From the NCBI GenBank assembly GCA_963727525.1, contig CAVSGO010000007.1, positions 832,001-896,000 on the forward strand: a stretch of 64,000 nucleotides of DNA, read 5' to 3'. The stretch is from an uncultured bacterium. Lineage in GTDB: Bacteria > Krumholzibacteriota > Krumholzibacteriia > LZORAL124-64-63. The notes below the pieces were generated by a model. It had not been told where the DNA came from. It did no database searches and saw only the letters and a program-made list of their open reading frames with translations. Each line of letters starts with the position of its first letter. Position 1 is the stretch's first letter. Positions 61,278 to 64,000 of the stretch are shown here, in pieces. The position numbers and the translations under genes are program-made.

Positions 61278-62111
61278 ATGCAAAAACAGTCTTATTTCAC
61301 GAAGCGGCACACGTACGAGATGGCAGCCGGCAGCGCCGGCAACGACCGACTCTCGCTGATGGCCGCAAGTGGCGGTACCGCCCTCGCGGCGAGCAGCCAG
61401 GTCGCGACCGAGCGGACGATGTACGCGCCGGCCCTGGACATCCCGCTCGAGCCATCGGAGCCGGGACCGGCGTATTATGCGTATCGCCGCGCGCTCGACC
61501 TCGTGGCGAGCGTCGCCGGGCTCGCGTTCTTCGGGTTGCTGCTACCGTTTCTCGCCGTGCTCATCAAGCTGGATTCCCGCGGGCCGGTGTTCTACCGCCA
61601 GGATCGTATCGGCCTCAACCGCCGCCGTCAGGCCGTGGGCGGCCGCGGAGGCGATCGGCGCAAGGTCGTAAGGCCGGGGCGGCAATTCGCGATCGCCAAG
61701 CTGCGGACGATGACAGTGAACGCCGAGGCCGCCGGACCGCAGTGGGCCAAGTCGAACGATGCCCGCATCACACGCGTCGGGAAAATCCTGCGCAAGACCC
61801 GTCTCGACGAGCTGCCGCAGTTCTGGAACGTGATGCGCGGCGACATGAGCCTGATCGGTCCGCGTCCGGAGCGGCTGGTGTTCATCCGCCAGCTCGAGCA
61901 TGAGGTGCCATACTACCATGATCGCTTGCTCGTGAAGCCTGGCCTCACCGGTCTAGCGCAGGTGCGCAATGGCTACGACACGGATGTCGACAGCGTGCGC
62001 CGCAAGGTCGCGTACGACCGCGAGTACATCCGCCACAACGGCTTGAAGCAGGATCTCGCGATCCTCGCGGCGACCGTCCGCGTCGTCCTGAAGGGCGAAG
62101 GAGCCCACTAG
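61278..62111 (+). CDS. Second polyprenyl-phosphate sugar phosphotransferase (Bac_transf family)
   Basis: [50 protein letters not shown]. Confidence 0.9.
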   Translation: MQKQSYFTKRHTYEMAAGSAGNDRLSLMAASGGTALAASSQVATERTMYAPALDIPLEPSEPGPAYYAYRRALDLVASVAGLAFFGLLLPFLAVLIKLDSRGPVFYRQDRIGLNRRRQAVGGRGGDRRKVVRPGRQFAIAKLRTMTVNAEAAGPQWAKSNDARITRVGKILRKTRLDELPQFWNVMRGDMSLIGPRPERLVFIRQLEHEVPYYHDRLLVKPGLTGLAQVRNGYDTDVDSVRRKVAYDREYIRHNGLKQDLAILAATVRVVLKGEGAH

Positions 62112-62143
62112 GCCCGGCTCTGTCGTTCCCGCTTGCCTCTCCC

Positions 62144-62187
62144 CGTCGCGACCACCATAATCCTCGGTGGTCGCGACGTTGTCTTTC
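62144..62187 (+). terminator. Intrinsic terminator-like hairpin with an embedded promoter
   Basis: cgtcgcgaccacc-ataatcctc-ggtggtcgcgacg followed by ttgtcttt. Confidence 0.65.
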
Positions 62188-62206
62188 CCGCATGCCGGTG
62201 GTGTCC

Positions 62207-63640
62207 ATGCAGCCCAGCCTCCTCGTCGTCGACGACCAGGAAGCCACGCGTCTCTTCCTGGCCGCTACGCTCGAATCCCGCGGCTACTCCGTCCGCCTGG
62301 CGGATACGGGGGCGGCCGCGCTCGCGGCGGTGGAGGAGTCGCTGCCCGACCTGGTGCTGCTCGATCTCATGCTGCCCGATATGAACGGGATGGAGGTACT
62401 GGCGCGCCTGCGAGAAGACGATCCCTCGGTGCGCGTGATCATTCTCACTGCGTTCGGACGCACGGATACCGCGGTCCAGGCCATGCGGCTGCAGGCGTAC
62501 GATTTCGTCACCAAGCCCATCAATCTCCGCCGCCTCATCGCGGTGATCGAGCGGGGCCTTGCCGACTACGCCGGGCGCTCGGCGCGGCGGCTGGCCCAGC
62601 CAAGCGACGACCTCTTCGCCGTACTCCCGGGAGCCGTGCCCAGCGAGGTGCCGGCCATGCTGGCGCTCTATGCGACGGTGCGCAAGCTTGCGGCCAGTGG
62701 CCGATCGACCGTCCTGATCGAGGGGGAGTCCGGTGCCGGCAAGGATATCCTCGCACAGCTCATCCATCTCAACTCGCCGCGTAGCGGGTATCCCTTCCTC
62801 GAGATCAACTGCGCCTCGCTGCCGGAATCGCTGCTGGAGAGCGAGTTGTTCGGGCACGAGAAGGGGGCATTCACCGATGCCTCGGCACAGAAGCTCGGAC
62901 TCCTGGAGCTGGCGCACGCGGGCACGCTCTTTCTCGACGAGATCGGCGAGATGGCGCTGCCGATCCAGGTGAAACTCCTGCGGGTCCTGGAGAAGCTCGT
63001 CTTTAGGCGCGTCGGCGGGATCGAGGACATCCGGGTGGATGTACGCATCGTAGCCGCGACAAACCAGAATCTCGCAAGACTCGTCCAGGCAAAGCGTTTC
63101 CGAGAGGATCTCTACTATCGGCTGAAGGTGGTGCATCTCGTGGTGCCGCCATTGCGGGCGCGCCGGGAGGACATCGTCCCGCTGGCCGAGCACTTCCTGC
63201 GGCACTACAATGACGAATTCGGCAAACGATTCACCGGCTTCACGGCTGCCGCGATGGACCGCCTGCGGGCACACGCGTGGCCGGGGAACATCCGGGAATT
63301 GCGCAACACGATCGAGCGCGCTGCGCTCCTCGAAGACGCGGACCGACTCGACGCCGGCCACCTCGGGATCGAGGAGCCGCGCCATGGTGCGGGTATCGCG
63401 TCGCTTGGCGACGCCCTGATGCGCGCGCTCCAGGAACCCCTGCCTGCGGATGGGGTTGGCCTTGACGGGTTGCTCAACGCGTTCGAAGCGGCCATGCTGG
63501 ACAGGGCCCTGCAGGCGGCCGGAAACAACAAATCGCAGGCGGCGCGGCTGCTCGGGCTGACCCGCGATCGCCTGCGCTACCGATTGGCGCACCATGCCTC
63601 GGTCCGGCGAACGCCGGACGAAGGAGACGACGAAGCGTGA
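62207..63640 (+). CDS. NtrC-family sigma54-dependent response regulator (REC-AAA+-Fis HTH); start may be 62192
   Basis: VVDD/LDLMLPD/KP receiver; GESGAGKD; ESELFGHEKGAFTDA; LDEIGE; WPGNIREL; HTH. Confidence 0.93.
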   Translation: MQPSLLVVDDQEATRLFLAATLESRGYSVRLADTGAAALAAVEESLPDLVLLDLMLPDMNGMEVLARLREDDPSVRVIILTAFGRTDTAVQAMRLQAYDFVTKPINLRRLIAVIERGLADYAGRSARRLAQPSDDLFAVLPGAVPSEVPAMLALYATVRKLAASGRSTVLIEGESGAGKDILAQLIHLNSPRSGYPFLEINCASLPESLLESELFGHEKGAFTDASAQKLGLLELAHAGTLFLDEIGEMALPIQVKLLRVLEKLVFRRVGGIEDIRVDVRIVAATNQNLARLVQAKRFREDLYYRLKVVHLVVPPLRARREDIVPLAEHFLRHYNDEFGKRFTGFTAAAMDRLRAHAWPGNIRELRNTIERAALLEDADRLDAGHLGIEEPRHGAGIASLGDALMRALQEPLPADGVGLDGLLNAFEAAMLDRALQAAGNNKSQAARLLGLTRDRLRYRLAHHASVRRTPDEGDDEA

Positions 63641-63645
63641 CAGGG

Positions 63646-64000
63646 ATGCTGCGTTCGGCGATTGGTGTGTGCTTCGTCACGGCCCTGCTCGGCGGCTGTG
63701 GCGTTTATTCCGCCAGCAGCGGGCGTGTCGACGAGAGCCTCAAACGAGTGGCCGTGCCGTTCCTCGAGAACCGGACTTCGGAGCCGGACATCGGCGTCAG
63801 CCTGACGAACCAGATCATTTTCGCGCTCCAGGAAGACAACACGCTCAAGGTGGTCGACGAGGACGCCGCCGATACTCTCCTCGAGGGTGCGGTCACGCAG
63901 TACAACATCCGGCAGGTGTCGGCCAGCAATCAGCAGATCGTGGACGAGTACCAGGTGCAGATCGCCGTCGAGCTCACGCTCACGAAGAAGGCCACGGGGG
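63646..64000 (+). CDS. lptE: LptE family LPS-assembly lipoprotein (3' end outside window)
   Basis: Translated by hand: MLRSAIGVCFVTALLGGC (lipobox) GVYS...VAVPFLENRTSEP...LT......AD..LEG.V..Y. Confidence 0.7.
   Translation, partial: MLRSAIGVCFVTALLGGCGVYSASSGRVDESLKRVAVPFLENRTSEPDIGVSLTNQIIFALQEDNTLKVVDEDAADTLLEGAVTQYNIRQVSASNQQIVDEYQVQIAVELTLTKKATG

Noticed and set aside
55840..62111. Glycan genes after tRNA-Arg as a genomic island
   Set aside because: No mobility genes or att repeat seen; codon style matches the core genes.

Overview
A 64-kb, very GC-rich window of core chromosome from a diderm (LPS-making) bacterium. Several gene types and syntenies (DUF4837, short RpoD-type sigma, Bacteroides-like inositol-phosphate synthase, sigma54-activator-lptE pair) suggest an FCB-superphylum lineage such as Krumholzibacteriota/Latescibacterota; this is inference only. 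Content is mostly housekeeping: pilQ (3' part)-aroK-rsmD-coaD-obgE-dprA-lipid A acyltransferase-ABC exporter; split hldE genes plus a COG2403 P-loop enzyme; sucCD-ndk; yceD-rpmF-plsX (frameshifted)-fabD-fabG-acpP-fabF-rnc; an envelope/ECF-sigma block; orphan parA; ino1; two dispersed glycan clusters; five tRNAs; dnaK; an RpoD-family sigma; thrS-infC-rpmI-rplT-pheST-zapB-zapA-6S RNA-rny-folD-ispA-dxs-nadK-recN; an NtrC-family regulator; and lptE (5' part). I found no CRISPR array, prophage, transposase or defence island, and no clear-cut novel multi-gene system. The best leads are: (i) an arginine-synthetase (ArcE)-like enzyme in an unexpected context; (ii) an ECF/ZAS anti-sigma block with uncharacterised envelope proteins and a candidate autoregulated promoter; (iii) a G-tract frameshift in plsX within a fabH-less fab operon; (iv) promoters nested inside terminator hairpins and probable leaderless mRNAs; and (v) a sigma54-like promoter with candidate enhancer sites upstream of a solitary dnaK. 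All calls were made by eye, without database searches.
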